Positions 19,436-30,870 are shown, counted from the stretch's first letter. The stretch: 64,000 nt of DNA from a virus (IMGVR_UViG_3300027715_000010:30379-94378); one strand, 5' to 3'. Notes: generated from the sequence alone by a model not told the origin. Numbers and translations: made by a program.

Positions 19436-20191
19436 CTAATATGTTATACCACTTCCACCGTTATATAACTCAGATATTTCTGATGTTGTTAAAACTCTGT
19501 TAAAACAAGCAACTTCATCTGCGTATCCTTGATAAGGACCATAAGCAGGATATGTATTACCCAAATATGTTAAACTACCACTAACTGCTGAAGTATACGC
19601 TGTCAATCCTGTTCTTACCAGTACATTATTTATATATAAAGATGGTTGTCTATTTGTACAGTTAACTACAATGTGGAACCAAGTATTTGGCATAGAAGCA
19701 GAATAACTTAATAATACTGGTATATTACCAGTCCAGTGAGATACTATTTGTACACCATTACCACCTACAGATATACCCATTCCTTCATAAGAATTACCAC
19801 CATTTACTGGTCCAATAACATATTTTTGGCCAGTCTGTCCAGAGGTACCAAGATTTGCTTCTGAGGCAATAGTGATATTAGATCCCGGATAAACCCACAA
19901 TGAATAAGCAAAATTATTAGTTACATTTGGTTGAGTTGAAGATATTAAACTATTTGAACCATTAAAACTAGCAGCTGTTCCAATTTTACCGGCTATCCAA
20001 GATATATTAGATGCAGTACCATTATAAGAAGCATTTACACTATTATCAGCATTAGAATCCAATTTGAAGTATGATACTAATCCATCTATAGCTGGAAATG
20101 AAGAATAAACCAAAGACGTTCCTTGATAAACTCTTCTAACCGTATTAGTTCCTTGGTAAAGTCTTACAGAATTAGTACCTTGTTTTAGCAT
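19436..20191 (-). CDS. LamG/concanavalin A-like lectin domain virion protein
   Basis: GLVSYFKLD, GKIGTAASFNG, WFHIVV, FNRVLTTSEISELYNGG. Confidence 0.85.
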   Translation of the reverse strand: MLKQGTNSVRLYQGTNTVRRVYQGTSLVYSSFPAIDGLVSYFKLDSNADNSVNASYNGTASNISWIAGKIGTAASFNGSNSLISSTQPNVTNNFAYSLWVYPGSNITIASEANLGTSGQTGQKYVIGPVNGGNSYEGMGISVGGNGVQIVSHWTGNIPVLLSYSASMPNTWFHIVVNCTNRQPSLYINNVLVRTGLTAYTSAVSGSLTYLGNTYPAYGPYQGYADEVACFNRVLTTSEISELYNGGSGITY

Positions 20192-20199
20192 ATCAAATC

Positions 20200-20964
20200 C
20201 TATATTACAAAGTAAAGTGTTGTACTGTCTTTCGTTCCAATAGCATTATACTGAGCCAAACTACCTACCCACATTTTATAGTTGGTAGATGCATTTTGCT
20301 CTTCAATAAGAATAGCACCACCATATCCAAGTACATTTGAATTATTAACACGTAGAGAAGTTCCAGCAGATCCTTTTGCTAATTTATTAGAAATATTGGT
20401 TCCATCACGATAAACAATGTCATAAGCAGCTGTCATTGGATCTCTAAATAAACCAGTTACTCCAGTTCCAATAGATACACCATCAATACTACCACCAGTT
20501 ATTGCTACGTTATTAGCATTCTGAGTTGCCATATTACCAAGACCAAGATTAACTCTTGCATCTGAAGCATTACCAGCACCAGTTCCACCATTGGATATTG
20601 TAATAGGACTAATACCTGTTATAGATCCACCGGTTATACTTACATTATTTGAGTTCTGTTCTGCTAAAGTTCCAAGTCCTAAACCAGATCTTGCTGTTTC
20701 TGCTGTATTACCACCAGTTCCACCATTAGCAATACTTAATGCCGTATTCAAACTTAATGTTGTAAATGCACCAGAGCTTCTTGATGTTGCACCAATAGTA
20801 GTTCCATTGATAGAACCACCTGTTATTGCACAACTGGATATAGATCCACCGGTTATGGTTACTGCACTTGCGGATCCTACTGCATTAGCAAAAGCAATAG
20901 TATCATTAAGACGAAGTCTCCAAGTCTCAAAAGTATCAGTTTGTAAAGCTATGTTTATTGTCAT
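20200..20964 (-). CDS. Tail fibre-like protein
   Basis: DTFETWRLRLN anchor; ITGGSI and ANGGTG...AR.NLGLG fibre repeats. Confidence 0.8.
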   Translation of the reverse strand: MTINIALQTDTFETWRLRLNDTIAFANAVGSASAVTITGGSISSCAITGGSINGTTIGATSRSSGAFTTLSLNTALSIANGGTGGNTAETARSGLGLGTLAEQNSNNVSITGGSITGISPITISNGGTGAGNASDARVNLGLGNMATQNANNVAITGGSIDGVSIGTGVTGLFRDPMTAAYDIVYRDGTNISNKLAKGSAGTSLRVNNSNVLGYGGAILIEEQNASTNYKMWVGSLAQYNAIGTKDSTTLYFVI

Positions 20965-21164
20965 TTCTTATCCATCTTTTTTGTGATAGCTTGCAAAAGA
21001 GCTTTGATTTCGGTCATTTCATTTTCTAAGCGGTCTAATCTATTCATATTTTGCAGTCTTCTATACTTCTGCTCTTTTGCTTGCTCTAACTTGCTTCTGT
21101 TACTATTTATAACTGCGAAGCTGTCAGTATCTCTTACTAATTCATTATCTATTTTAATCTTCAT
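20961..21164 (-). CDS. Conserved small T4-like protein (coiled coil)
   Basis: Start revised to MKIKIDNELVRD; LVRD..S.AVIN motif typical after the large baseplate gene. Confidence 0.7.
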   Translation of the reverse strand: MKIKIDNELVRDTDSFAVINSNRSKLEQAKEQKYRRLQNMNRLDRLENEMTEIKALLQAITKKMDKK

Positions 21165-21165
21165 T

Positions 21166-24100
21166 TTAAGACCCCGTAGCAACTGCTCTGAAATCTTTAA
21201 TCAATGGTACATCAGCTGTATTTGAAGTAACCATTACCAACTTAATAGCAAAGATTGAGAAACCAGGTAAACTATCTGCATAGTATTCATAATCTTTTAT
21301 TGTAGTATCAGACTTTGGAGTTGTTATTGCAGCAGTCATTGCCGTCCAAGCTACATCTGAGAACTTACCACTGTTATCATCTTTTAAGATTCTATAGTAA
21401 ACTTTAATATCAGCAGCGTTTGGTCTTAATGCACTAAAATAAACACGTAGAGCATTTGCTGGGCTGGTTAGGTTTACTCGTTTTGTAAAGTATCTAGCCA
21501 AGGCATTTCCTGCTACTGCTGTATCTTCATTGGTGTAATCATTATTGATGATATTACCAATACTTACTACAGAAGTTCTTTGTAAGTCAATAACTGGACT
21601 GATATTATCTAAATCAGAAGTAAATGTACCAGTTATCTCAAAGGATTTATTACCACTTAAGCTTGTTGTTTCATTGATTGAACTTGCGATAATGTATTCA
21701 TCATCGTTATCAATAGTATCATTTACAATCAATGCTCTTGCTGTGGTATCTTTTACATATCCATTGGTTGTTAGTTTACCAGTGAAAGTTAAACTAGTAT
21801 CATTAAATACTAGATTCTGGCATCCAATATACATAGAATCCAAAGGTTTATTTTCGGTTGCTGTTATTGCAGTTCCACCACCAACACCAGTAGCATTAGC
21901 ATTCGTAGTTACTGTAATAGTATAACTATTTTGTAATACGTTAGCTATTGTATGTGAAGCATTAAGTTCCGTTGCTGGTATGTTATTAGTTGCAGTTGCA
22001 CCAGCTAAGGTTACTTTATCACCATTTTGCATTCCGTGGTTGGTATGAGTTACTTCTACAATGTTAGAAGCATTAGCTGTTAGTAATGGATTGGACCCTA
22101 AGGTTACTACTGGTACAGCTTCATTTTCAAGAACCGCAGTTCCAGTTACCGAAGTATTAAATTGACAACGATATAAAGTAAACTTCAAGTCACTTAATTG
22201 GTCTTCTGTCCAGGTAGAAGCATTTGAACTTTTGAATAAGACACCAAGATAAGGTTGTTTAGAAATTATCTGGTCTGTTTGGTATTGTCTTTCACCCATA
22301 GTAGCAATCCATACATTGTACTCATTTGAAGTACTTAATAACGTGATTGCGTATTCTTGTCCTTCTTGTAAGTAGACTGGTCCTTCAAAAGTAAATGTTG
22401 TTGCTACCGTTCCATCTGTGCTTGTATTAACTGAAGCAGGTAATAAAGTTACTGTTGACATTGGCACGATAGTAGATCCAGGTGTTCCGTTTACCATATT
22501 TCTAATTTGTAAAGTAACTGGTATATTCTTACTATCCTTAGAAGCAAAGAATACATCAACTTTACTGATAAAAGCACCACCGACAGTAGTTACCATAAAT
22601 GATTGAGCTAATGGATCTAAGTATTGACCATTCAAAGTTACCCTTGTTGATATTACATCTGCTTGACGTGTTTCTAATATACCAGATGCCGTATAACCAG
22701 CTTCTGCATTAGTTTCTTCAGCAGATACATCACCAATATAAGAATCTGACAATCTAAACATCTTCGTTCCGGTTCTAAATCTTACCGTATCGGTGTTTGG
22801 TATTGTAAAGGTTCCACTAATAGATCCCGAAGTATCGGTTACCATTGGTGTACTAAGTGCTTGACCCGTTGGGGTAATATATCCATCAACTGCTACACCG
22901 TCAAAGAATCCATAAACACGAGTACTTGGTTTCAATCCAGTTGCCGTGAAGCTAATAGTATTGCTTCTCATATAAGGAATTGCGGTTGAGCTTAGGATCT
23001 TATCATTGATTACTTGTCTGTTAGATACTGATATCTGAGCATAACCAGTTCTTTCCCAAGTTGCTCCAGTTCCTAATGCTTGCACAGCACTTAAAGAATT
23101 GGTTATCAACTGTTTAGAACGGCTGCTACCACTTACATCAGAACTACCAAACCAGAATTGTTTCCACTCACCCCAGATTGGATGTCCGTTGATATTAAAG
23201 ATCTCATTTTTACCAGCAGCGTAATCTGCTTGTCCACCAAGATTGGTTACGTTTTCTGTTATAACAACATCAGAAGCACGTGAAGTATCTTTCCAATCAT
23301 CTGAAGATGGACTAATTGTCATTGAACCTTTGTAGAATAATACGTCATACGGATTGATATTGATATAACCAGAAGCTTGGTCTTGTGTGATATAAGCTAT
23401 TGGTGTATATGGTAAAGTTAAAATATCACCAGTTAACTGAACGTTTGCAGAACTAGAAGCATTATATTCTAATTTGATATTACCAGTATAGAAGTTTGGT
23501 CTTAATGTTTGTTTTTCAATATCAATAGATGCTTTATAATCTGCGTCATTATAATCTGCTACTTGTGTGGTTGTAAAGTTATCTACAACGAATCCGTTCT
23601 TAAAGCGGTTAACACCGGTACCATCATCAATAAACAACTCAGCAGTTTCTTTTTCTAATAATGATAAAGACACATAGTATTCAAGATTCTGGACACGTTT
23701 TTCAATCTTACCAATATCTCGCATAGTGTATCTTTTATTTTCAATAATAGAAGCTGCTACGTCTGTCGTTGCAAAAGTATATGGAGGTATTAAAACATCA
23801 TATAAACCCATTGCAGTATCTGGAGCACTAGGAGCTGATGGTGTATCTGAAGGATTGCCTTGTATAACACCAAAATTGCCTGATAAATCAAGGTATACTT
23901 TGTCTATTCTTGGTAAGTAGTATTCATAGCTTACACTAACATCTTCACCACTTACAATAAGTTCTGATAAAACTGAGTAACCAGATCCTGTATTATTTTG
24001 TCTTGGCCTAAAGTCTAAACAATCTCTTAGATTATATGTAATACCATTAGATCCAGTATAAACTGGGATATCTGCATAATCAATTACACCAGCATAAGAA

Positions 24101-26361
24101 TCTACCGAGAAGTAATCCCCAGCACCGTGCTCAAAGTAATCATAATCAACATCTAAAGTTCCACCAGGATTGGTTGCGCCAGATTTTAAGTATAATGCTC
24201 CAAGTTCGTATGTATTATCTCTTTGACCATTATCTAAGGTAAATCTATCGGTTACATCAATAGCACCAGACATAATAGAATTGATTTGGAATATATCGGC
24301 ACGATCTAATGCTACAGATGACCCGGAAGCCAATCCAGTTTGAACTCTATTGGTAAATGTTTTGGTCTTTTCTGCTACAGAAGATTTGGTCAATGTTGCA
24401 AGAATTCTAACTGTATCAGTTCCACCACCAGATACTGTAATAGTAACTTGTTTACCAGTTGGAGAACCACCTAGTACAACAGAGTTACCAGATCCAGCTA
24501 AATCTACTACGGTTCCATCAGATTTTGTTAAACGATATCTTAATGCTGAATAACTAGAAAAGATCTCATTGGTTCCTGCTGTTAAAGTAATAACCCCACC
24601 AGTCAAGGCACCTGTATAAAATCTCATAATCTTATATGATGTATCACTTGAGCCAGATGGTTTTACAGTTTTAATAACTGAGTTTGGTAATTGTACCAAG
24701 TTTGTATTGATACTATTATCAAAAAGTAATGCTTCACCACCGGTCAAAACTGTATCGGTTAGCATATTAGGAGTGCCAGCTTTTACAATGGATTTTACAT
24801 CGGTAGCAAATACATAAGACCCAGTCATTACAATATCATAAAGGAATAACTTGTAGATTGCAGAAGAACCAATAGTTCCACTTACATATTGCCAACCTTT
24901 TACTTTTGCAGTACCAACTTGGGTACCAGCTGAAGTATCAGTTCCATTATGCACAGCATTTTTCAAAAGAACTGTATCAAAAGCACTGATATTAAAAGTT
25001 CCTTTGGTTGTATTGACTAAACAATAAGTTCCATAAGTTACTGGTATAACTGAATTGGATACTGACTTGGTAGAACGTCCTTTATCGGTTGCTACGTAGG
25101 TTGTAGATATCTTCTCAATCTCATAACCTTTTACATAAGCTTTACCAGGTTCCAATCCAATAGCCAACTTTGTAGCATCTCCACCTTGAGCAACTGTATA
25201 GATACCACGATTGGTAGTATCGTTTAGATGCTCACGAATTTCAATCGGGAATGCTCTTACTGTATAATCACCAGACTCATCATAAGTTCTACGAGCTAAG
25301 GTCTTTTCTAATTCTGAGTATTGTGTTCTAACAACTAGTTCTTGTATAACACCGGTATCAATACGAAGTAATTCAATAAATCCATCACCAAGAGTTGCTG
25401 TTAAAGCATACTTAGCTAAGGTTAATTCAATTTTAAGTCTATCAGCACCAGGAGCATTGAAGTTTGAATAACCACTTGCTGGATCGTTTAATGAACTATC
25501 ATCTGAAGCAGTTACTAAACTTTCGTCTAGGAATAAACCAACTTTATATGATGGTGTTGCACTGTATTTTTCAAGGATTAAAGTCTGTTTTGCAACTCTT
25601 AAAAAGTAACCTTGTGAAAAGTATATACCATCATTGATAGTTACGGCAGAACCAGTTCCAGTTGCAGCTGAAGCATAAGTCGTTGCTATTGTTGCACTTT
25701 CAATTCCGAGTGTTTCATCTACTACAACGATATTTTCGTTATTAGAAAAAACAGATGCCGTTGTCAATGTTGCTGTAATACCAGTAGCAGAAGCAGTTGC
25801 ATTGTTTGAAATAGTAACTTCATTAAGACTAGTATTAACTGCTGTGATTGATGTATTAGCTGGTATGCCAGTTCCCGTAATAGTTGCACCAACAATAAAT
25901 GTGCTTAGAATATCAACAGAACTTGTAATCTTATTGGATCCTGATACTGTATTAACTGCTACAGTCTTAACACTATCACCGGAAGCATATTTTATGAATA
26001 ATGTATTTGGATCTGTTAAGTCAGCAGCTGACACTGCAACTACACGAGCAGAAGCACCAGAGGTCTTACCAATAATAAGTGTATCCAAAAAGTCTGCTGT
26101 ATCAATATCAGAACCACTATATTGTGGTTGTAATTTCAAATACTTATAAGTAAGGTCTACACTAATCTCACCAGGAATAACCATACTTCCTTCTTTGAAT
26201 ATATGATTACCAAATCTTTCAATTTGTTTCTGAAGAATATCTTGTATTTGTGTTAGTTCCCGTGCTTGAACTGCTACACCTGGTTTGAAAGGTATTTTGA
26301 TAAAATCTTTCGTCTCAGAGTAATCGTCAAAGTATGGATCTGTATTAAGATTAATAGTCAT
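21166..26361 (-). CDS. Large baseplate/virion structural protein (VrlC/DUF4815-like)
   Basis: PYFDDY...FKPGVAVQARELTQIQ, LARRTYDESGDY, NKRYTMRDIGKIEKRV, RFKNGFVVDNF, DPLAQSF. Confidence 0.9.
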   Translation of the reverse strand: MTINLNTDPYFDDYSETKDFIKIPFKPGVAVQARELTQIQDILQKQIERFGNHIFKEGSMVIPGEISVDLTYKYLKLQPQYSGSDIDTADFLDTLIIGKTSGASARVVAVSAADLTDPNTLFIKYASGDSVKTVAVNTVSGSNKITSSVDILSTFIVGATITGTGIPANTSITAVNTSLNEVTISNNATASATGITATLTTASVFSNNENIVVVDETLGIESATIATTYASAATGTGSAVTINDGIYFSQGYFLRVAKQTLILEKYSATPSYKVGLFLDESLVTASDDSSLNDPASGYSNFNAPGADRLKIELTLAKYALTATLGDGFIELLRIDTGVIQELVVRTQYSELEKTLARRTYDESGDYTVRAFPIEIREHLNDTTNRGIYTVAQGGDATKLAIGLEPGKAYVKGYEIEKISTTYVATDKGRSTKSVSNSVIPVTYGTYCLVNTTKGTFNISAFDTVLLKNAVHNGTDTSAGTQVGTAKVKGWQYVSGTIGSSAIYKLFLYDIVMTGSYVFATDVKSIVKAGTPNMLTDTVLTGGEALLFDNSINTNLVQLPNSVIKTVKPSGSSDTSYKIMRFYTGALTGGVITLTAGTNEIFSSYSALRYRLTKSDGTVVDLAGSGNSVVLGGSPTGKQVTITVSGGGTDTVRILATLTKSSVAEKTKTFTNRVQTGLASGSSVALDRADIFQINSIMSGAIDVTDRFTLDNGQRDNTYELGALYLKSGATNPGGTLDVDYDYFEHGAGDYFSVDSYAGVIDYADIPVYTGSNGITYNLRDCLDFRPRQNNTGSGYSVLSELIVSGEDVSVSYEYYLPRIDKVYLDLSGNFGVIQGNPSDTPSAPSAPDTAMGLYDVLIPPYTFATTDVAASIIENKRYTMRDIGKIEKRVQNLEYYVSLSLLEKETAELFIDDGTGVNRFKNGFVVDNFTTTQVADYNDADYKASIDIEKQTLRPNFYTGNIKLEYNASSSANVQLTGDILTLPYTPIAYITQDQASGYININPYDVLFYKGSMTISPSSDDWKDTSRASDVVITENVTNLGGQADYAAGKNEIFNINGHPIWGEWKQFWFGSSDVSGSSRSKQLITNSLSAVQALGTGATWERTGYAQISVSNRQVINDKILSSTAIPYMRSNTISFTATGLKPSTRVYGFFDGVAVDGYITPTGQALSTPMVTDTSGSISGTFTIPNTDTVRFRTGTKMFRLSDSYIGDVSAEETNAEAGYTASGILETRQADVISTRVTLNGQYLDPLAQSFMVTTVGGAFISKVDVFFASKDSKNIPVTLQIRNMVNGTPGSTIVPMSTVTLLPASVNTSTDGTVATTFTFEGPVYLQEGQEYAITLLSTSNEYNVWIATMGERQYQTDQIISKQPYLGVLFKSSNASTWTEDQLSDLKFTLYRCQFNTSVTGTAVLENEAVPVVTLGSNPLLTANASNIVEVTHTNHGMQNGDKVTLAGATATNNIPATELNASHTIANVLQNSYTITVTTNANATGVGGGTAITATENKPLDSMYIGCQNLVFNDTSLTFTGKLTTNGYVKDTTARALIVNDTIDNDDEYIIASSINETTSLSGNKSFEITGTFTSDLDNISPVIDLQRTSVVSIGNIINNDYTNEDTAVAGNALARYFTKRVNLTSPANALRVYFSALRPNAADIKVYYRILKDDNSGKFSDVAWTAMTAAITTPKSDTTIKDYEYYADSLPGFSIFAIKLVMVTSNTADVPLIKDFRAVATGS

Positions 26362-26378
26362 TGTTTATCCTTTAATTT

Positions 26379-27233
26379 CTAATAATCAACTACCAAGTGG
26401 ATTGTTTCCGTTTGGCTTGTAGATCTAGTAATAGATGTTCTATTTTCAGAATATAAGATAGTTCCACTTAATAAATCATAATCAGCAGCCACATAAGTAT
26501 CACCTGTCAAGGCAACTGCAGAATTATCTAATGGATTTGACCACAAGAATACTTGTCTAAATGTATCTATTGGCATCTCATTTCCAACAAAGGTATATCT
26601 TACCATCACAGTTGAAGCACCAAGTTCCAAAGCAGCATTCTTACCGTGTCCACCGATTGGAGATCCACTTGCATAAGTTGCAGCAGCTTCTACTGCTAGT
26701 TGTTGTGCCGTTTTTTGTGTTCCAGTAGGAACTGGTAACCAATCAGTAACCAAGAAATTGGTTGCTACAGCTGGTCCTAAATCGTACATAAACTTCCATT
26801 GATAACCATCAGCAGTGGTAATCGTTGTAGTTAAAGTTCCAGTTGGTTTTACAGTTGATGGTGCAGATCCATTATTACTAATGCATTTATAAACATTGTA
26901 ATCATCGGTCAATACATAAAAGTTGCTACCGAATAAACTTGTTGTGCTATCAGTATAAGCATCGTAAGTCGTTCCAGTTGTCCAGTTAATTCTTTGAATA
27001 ACCAAACAAATATCAGCACTAGTAACTTTCTTAATACCCAACGTTGCTTGTCTTAATGCTACTTCTGTTGCTACGGAATCTACCGCAGTATCAGGTGAAG
27101 CTTCATTTGACCAAGCAGTATTTTTACCAATACCAGCATATAGGATATCTGGACTAGGTGTTGTTCTTGTTACCGAACTAACAAAGTCAAATGCTGTTTT
27201 TACTTTATAATTTTCTTTAATAATTGTACTCAT
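26379..27233 (-). CDS. gp8: Baseplate wedge subunit gp8
   Basis: RINWTTGTTY, FYVLTDDYNVYKCISN, DGYQWKFMY, SGTILYSENR. Confidence 0.9.
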   Translation of the reverse strand: MSTIIKENYKVKTAFDFVSSVTRTTPSPDILYAGIGKNTAWSNEASPDTAVDSVATEVALRQATLGIKKVTSADICLVIQRINWTTGTTYDAYTDSTTSLFGSNFYVLTDDYNVYKCISNNGSAPSTVKPTGTLTTTITTADGYQWKFMYDLGPAVATNFLVTDWLPVPTGTQKTAQQLAVEAAATYASGSPIGGHGKNAALELGASTVMVRYTFVGNEMPIDTFRQVFLWSNPLDNSAVALTGDTYVAADYDLLSGTILYSENRTSITRSTSQTETIHLVVDY

Positions 27234-27263
27234 CTTGAGTCCTCTTTGTTATAATATCTCTTA

Positions 27264-27271
27264 TATTTATA
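27264..27271 (-). promoter_or_regulatory. Late promoter TATAAATA for gp8
   Basis: Exact consensus about 30 nt upstream of gp8. Confidence 0.75.
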
Positions 27272-29065
27272 CTATGTAATAGAAATATAATTACCTCTAA
27301 TGTTCGGTTGCATACTATCCATAGTTGGAGTAGTAACTGCTGTTCCTGGTGTCAATGTTGCAATAGTAGCAATATCAGGACCATATATCTGTATAACTTC
27401 GTCTATTGTTAATTCATAAAGATAAGTTGGTCTTTCTATTTGCGTTTCAATTTCTGTAAAGTAGTTTATCTCAACTGGATATAGATTTACATTACTTGTA
27501 AAGAATATAAGATCTGTATTACCAGTAATAGATTCTAATGTTATTGGCGTATATAAAACACGAGTGTAATTTACTTCACCAAACATCTTCATACCAGCAG
27601 GATGCACTGTTGGCTTAACTGCATCTGCGAAAGTTGCAGTATCTAACTCAGATTTCAATACATAAGAGTATTCTTGCCAGTATTCGTTATCTTGTAGTTT
27701 CTTTGTAGAATCTAATTTACTATCATCGGTTAACCATTTACCGGGATATGATACTAATGCTGATGTTGTAAAGGAAAATGTGGCATTATTATTACCATAA
27801 CCTATTGTATCCGTTGTATAATCATTTATATTACCGGTCAGAATAGGTGCTGGATTTTGTACAACTACACTTGATATTGCAGAAGTTCCACCTGATACGG
27901 ATAAGATAGCACCAGTTCCAGTTGCAGAAGTTACCGTTGCTGTTGGAGTCTCATAGGACTTACCAGCTGATATTAGTTTTACTGTTATAATAGCACCAGC
28001 ATTATCAACAACATCAACCACAGCAGTTGCACCGTTACCAGTGGATCCAGGATTGTCTATGATAGATACAATATCCCCAGTTCCATTTATAATAGTTGAG
28101 GTTATAGTAGAATTCATTGGTAAGTTTAGATAATCAATATCGGTAGAAGTTAGACCAGATACAACCTGATTAAGTAAAACTTGGTTATTATATACAGAAT
28201 TCATTGGTAGATTGTTTAATGTGGTTACTATCTTGTAGTTGCCATTATAATTACTACCACCATTAAGAACCCCAATAGAACTAATCGGTGAAGATTGCAA
28301 TGCAGTTACTACACCAAATCCAAGAATACTCATATTGGAATCGTTGGTAACTATATAAACCTTATCACCTTTCTTATAACCAGATCCACCATTTACCACA
28401 GTAAGACCAGATATAACTTCAAACGAACGTTCTTGTATAACTGTTCCATCAACGCTGGTTCCAGCGATTAGTCTACCTGGTAGAAATGTACCCTTCACAG
28501 AACTTAGAAAGAATTCTGCAATTTTTACACCTTCTAACTCATAGCTAACTGCATATTCAACAATACCAGTAGCTCCAGAAGTTAGACCTGTTATCTGTCT
28601 ATTTACTAGGTCACCAAAGTTACCTGTGTTATTCGTGCATTTTAATGAAGTTTCAACTACCCACTTACCGTCTGATGGTCTTAATAAATCATCTTTTGGA
28701 TAATAGAAGTTGACATCTTGATTATATAATACACGGAATAGAAACTTAAAGGACTTCTCAGTACCTTTGCTTCCGTATAGGGATTTGATATTTTTAATAA
28801 GTAAAGAAGAATCTGCCAGATAGTTTACTGGTAGAATATCAATATAAGTCTTTCTAAAATAGGTTAAGAATTCTGTAAGATCTGTCTCATCTATATCACG
28901 GTATTGTAATAAATTATAAGTTCTTTCACCGGCATTACCAACAGTATCTAGATATTCATAATAGTATTCTAGAAAAGTCGTGAAAAGACTGGTTGAGTCA
29001 TCCTTTATAAATTCTGGTATAACCCTATCAAATACCGTCTTAAGATTGTAGAACTCAGTTTCCAT
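27272..29065 (-). CDS. gp7: Baseplate wedge subunit gp7-like
   Basis: FLEYYYEYL, SKGTEKSFKFLFRVLY, LQDNEYWQEYSYVLKS, HPAGMKMFG. Confidence 0.88.
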   Translation of the reverse strand: METEFYNLKTVFDRVIPEFIKDDSTSLFTTFLEYYYEYLDTVGNAGERTYNLLQYRDIDETDLTEFLTYFRKTYIDILPVNYLADSSLLIKNIKSLYGSKGTEKSFKFLFRVLYNQDVNFYYPKDDLLRPSDGKWVVETSLKCTNNTGNFGDLVNRQITGLTSGATGIVEYAVSYELEGVKIAEFFLSSVKGTFLPGRLIAGTSVDGTVIQERSFEVISGLTVVNGGSGYKKGDKVYIVTNDSNMSILGFGVVTALQSSPISSIGVLNGGSNYNGNYKIVTTLNNLPMNSVYNNQVLLNQVVSGLTSTDIDYLNLPMNSTITSTIINGTGDIVSIIDNPGSTGNGATAVVDVVDNAGAIITVKLISAGKSYETPTATVTSATGTGAILSVSGGTSAISSVVVQNPAPILTGNINDYTTDTIGYGNNNATFSFTTSALVSYPGKWLTDDSKLDSTKKLQDNEYWQEYSYVLKSELDTATFADAVKPTVHPAGMKMFGEVNYTRVLYTPITLESITGNTDLIFFTSNVNLYPVEINYFTEIETQIERPTYLYELTIDEVIQIYGPDIATIATLTPGTAVTTPTMDSMQPNIRGNYISIT

Positions 29066-29066
29066 T

Positions 29067-30869
29067 TTATTTTGCTACTACATTGGCTACGATATTATTC
29101 AACTTTAATATCTGATTGCGTCCGTTCGTGATTACTTCGTTATTTATACTGGTTAGATTAACTTCGGTAACACTTGGAAGTAAGGTACTCGTTATTGTTA
29201 TATAACTGCCCGTAAATCCACTTGTAATAAAGTTAGTTAATACTACGTAACCAGTTGTATAATCAATGGTTCCAGCTGCAGAATCTAATACTTCAATAGT
29301 TCCACCAATGGATCTTACGATTTGAATAACACCAGTGCTATATGGAGCAACCCCAGTTGGTACATCTCTAAAATAATATCCAGAAACACCACTGACACTA
29401 AAAGTTGTACTTGTTAATAAACCAGGTTTTACCGGATTTGCAAAGTCTACGGTATATCTTGTTGCGACATTGGTAGTTGGTGATAGTCTGTAATCAAGAC
29501 TTATTCCAGTTGTATTACCAGTAATTGAAGTATCTGCATCGTCTATAGCAGAACTTAACTTTGATAAAATAACACTTGAATTAAAGATATCCACAAAGTC
29601 AGCAAAGAAAGTTGTAATTGCAGAACTTACCAAGGTCTGTAATTGACTTACTGTCTTGATTGTTTCACTTGAGTTATAATTTACATTAGAACTTACATTG
29701 ATATAAAGATATTCTGGTGCAACGTATTCTGGTTTTACAGTTACCACCGCATAAGAAGATCTAATATCTGCTAGGATCTGTGCTTTGGTTACTTCATTTA
29801 GATAATACCCAGAGTTTGGTTCTAATGATACGAATACTTTACCATATACAGGAGTTGGTAGATTATCTTCTCCACCCCAGACTACTGCATCTTTAATGAT
29901 TGGATAATTCTTTTTAATAATCACTGAATAATCATCGGTAGTTAATGCCCTGTTTTGTGATTGATAGAACTTTGTTGCCATAGTTCTAATGCTTTCTATA
30001 TCCTCTATATCAGCACCACCAGCAGATCCACTTAAAACTGTTATAGAAACATTGGTTGTTCCTGCTACAGTAGATAATCTCGTAAAGCTTTGAATACCAT
30101 TAGCATCTGCACCAGCAGTAATTAAATACTCTATTGTTATAATAGATCCATCAGTTGGATTTCTGCCTAGAACGTCATCACCGAACTTTACTTCAAAATA
30201 ACCATCAAAGGTCTCTTGTAGATAATAAACTTCCGAAGTAGATGTAATAGCATCTTTTACCACATTTGAACTATATAAGTATTCTCTATCAGTTACCGAC
30301 ACCGAAGTATCTTTTACCTTTACAGAAAGGAATCTTGTATCAACATCTTTGTTTGGTATAATAAATCTTTGGTTAGGATTTAGACTATCTACAACATAAT
30401 TATAAGTTGCATATCCACCTTGATATACATCAATATCAGCAGTATAAACATCATTGACTGGGACTACGTTATAGGCTTCCGTTGTAATGAATAGATAATT
30501 CTTGTTATTAAGTATTGCATTAAATTGAGTATTCTTACTAATTACAGCAGGATTTGGACTACCAACTGGCACAAAGGTTACCCTTAATGTTGCTACAGAC
30601 GCTGTCTTACTCGTAGGTAAGTAATTTAATTCTTTTGCTCTTGAAACGATACTTGAACGATTCTGTGCAGTATCAAGAAACATCTCACTTCCAATCATAT
30701 TAGCATTTATTGCATTATAGTGGGTATTATATGCTAAGGCATCTAATAATACTGATAGACCAGCACCTTCAAAGTTATAATCAGTAAACTCTGGCTTTGA
30801 CTTTAGAAAAGTCTTTAAGTTGGTCTTGATTGTATCAAAATCTAATTCGGTTACTCGTAAATCTGTCAT
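29067..30869 (-). CDS. gp6: Baseplate wedge subunit gp6
   Basis: ELDFDTIKTNL, DYNFEGAGL, LAYNTHY, QNRALTTDDY, WGGED, YGKVF. Confidence 0.96.
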   Translation of the reverse strand: MTDLRVTELDFDTIKTNLKTFLKSKPEFTDYNFEGAGLSVLLDALAYNTHYNAINANMIGSEMFLDTAQNRSSIVSRAKELNYLPTSKTASVATLRVTFVPVGSPNPAVISKNTQFNAILNNKNYLFITTEAYNVVPVNDVYTADIDVYQGGYATYNYVVDSLNPNQRFIIPNKDVDTRFLSVKVKDTSVSVTDREYLYSSNVVKDAITSTSEVYYLQETFDGYFEVKFGDDVLGRNPTDGSIITIEYLITAGADANGIQSFTRLSTVAGTTNVSITVLSGSAGGADIEDIESIRTMATKFYQSQNRALTTDDYSVIIKKNYPIIKDAVVWGGEDNLPTPVYGKVFVSLEPNSGYYLNEVTKAQILADIRSSYAVVTVKPEYVAPEYLYINVSSNVNYNSSETIKTVSQLQTLVSSAITTFFADFVDIFNSSVILSKLSSAIDDADTSITGNTTGISLDYRLSPTTNVATRYTVDFANPVKPGLLTSTTFSVSGVSGYYFRDVPTGVAPYSTGVIQIVRSIGGTIEVLDSAAGTIDYTTGYVVLTNFITSGFTGSYITITSTLLPSVTEVNLTSINNEVITNGRNQILKLNNIVANVVAK

Positions 30870-30870
30870 C

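Noticed and set aside
15531-20964. Diversity-generating retroelement or invertible cassette acting on fibre genes
   Set aside because: No reverse transcriptase, invertase or near-identical template/variable repeat pair is visible in the window.
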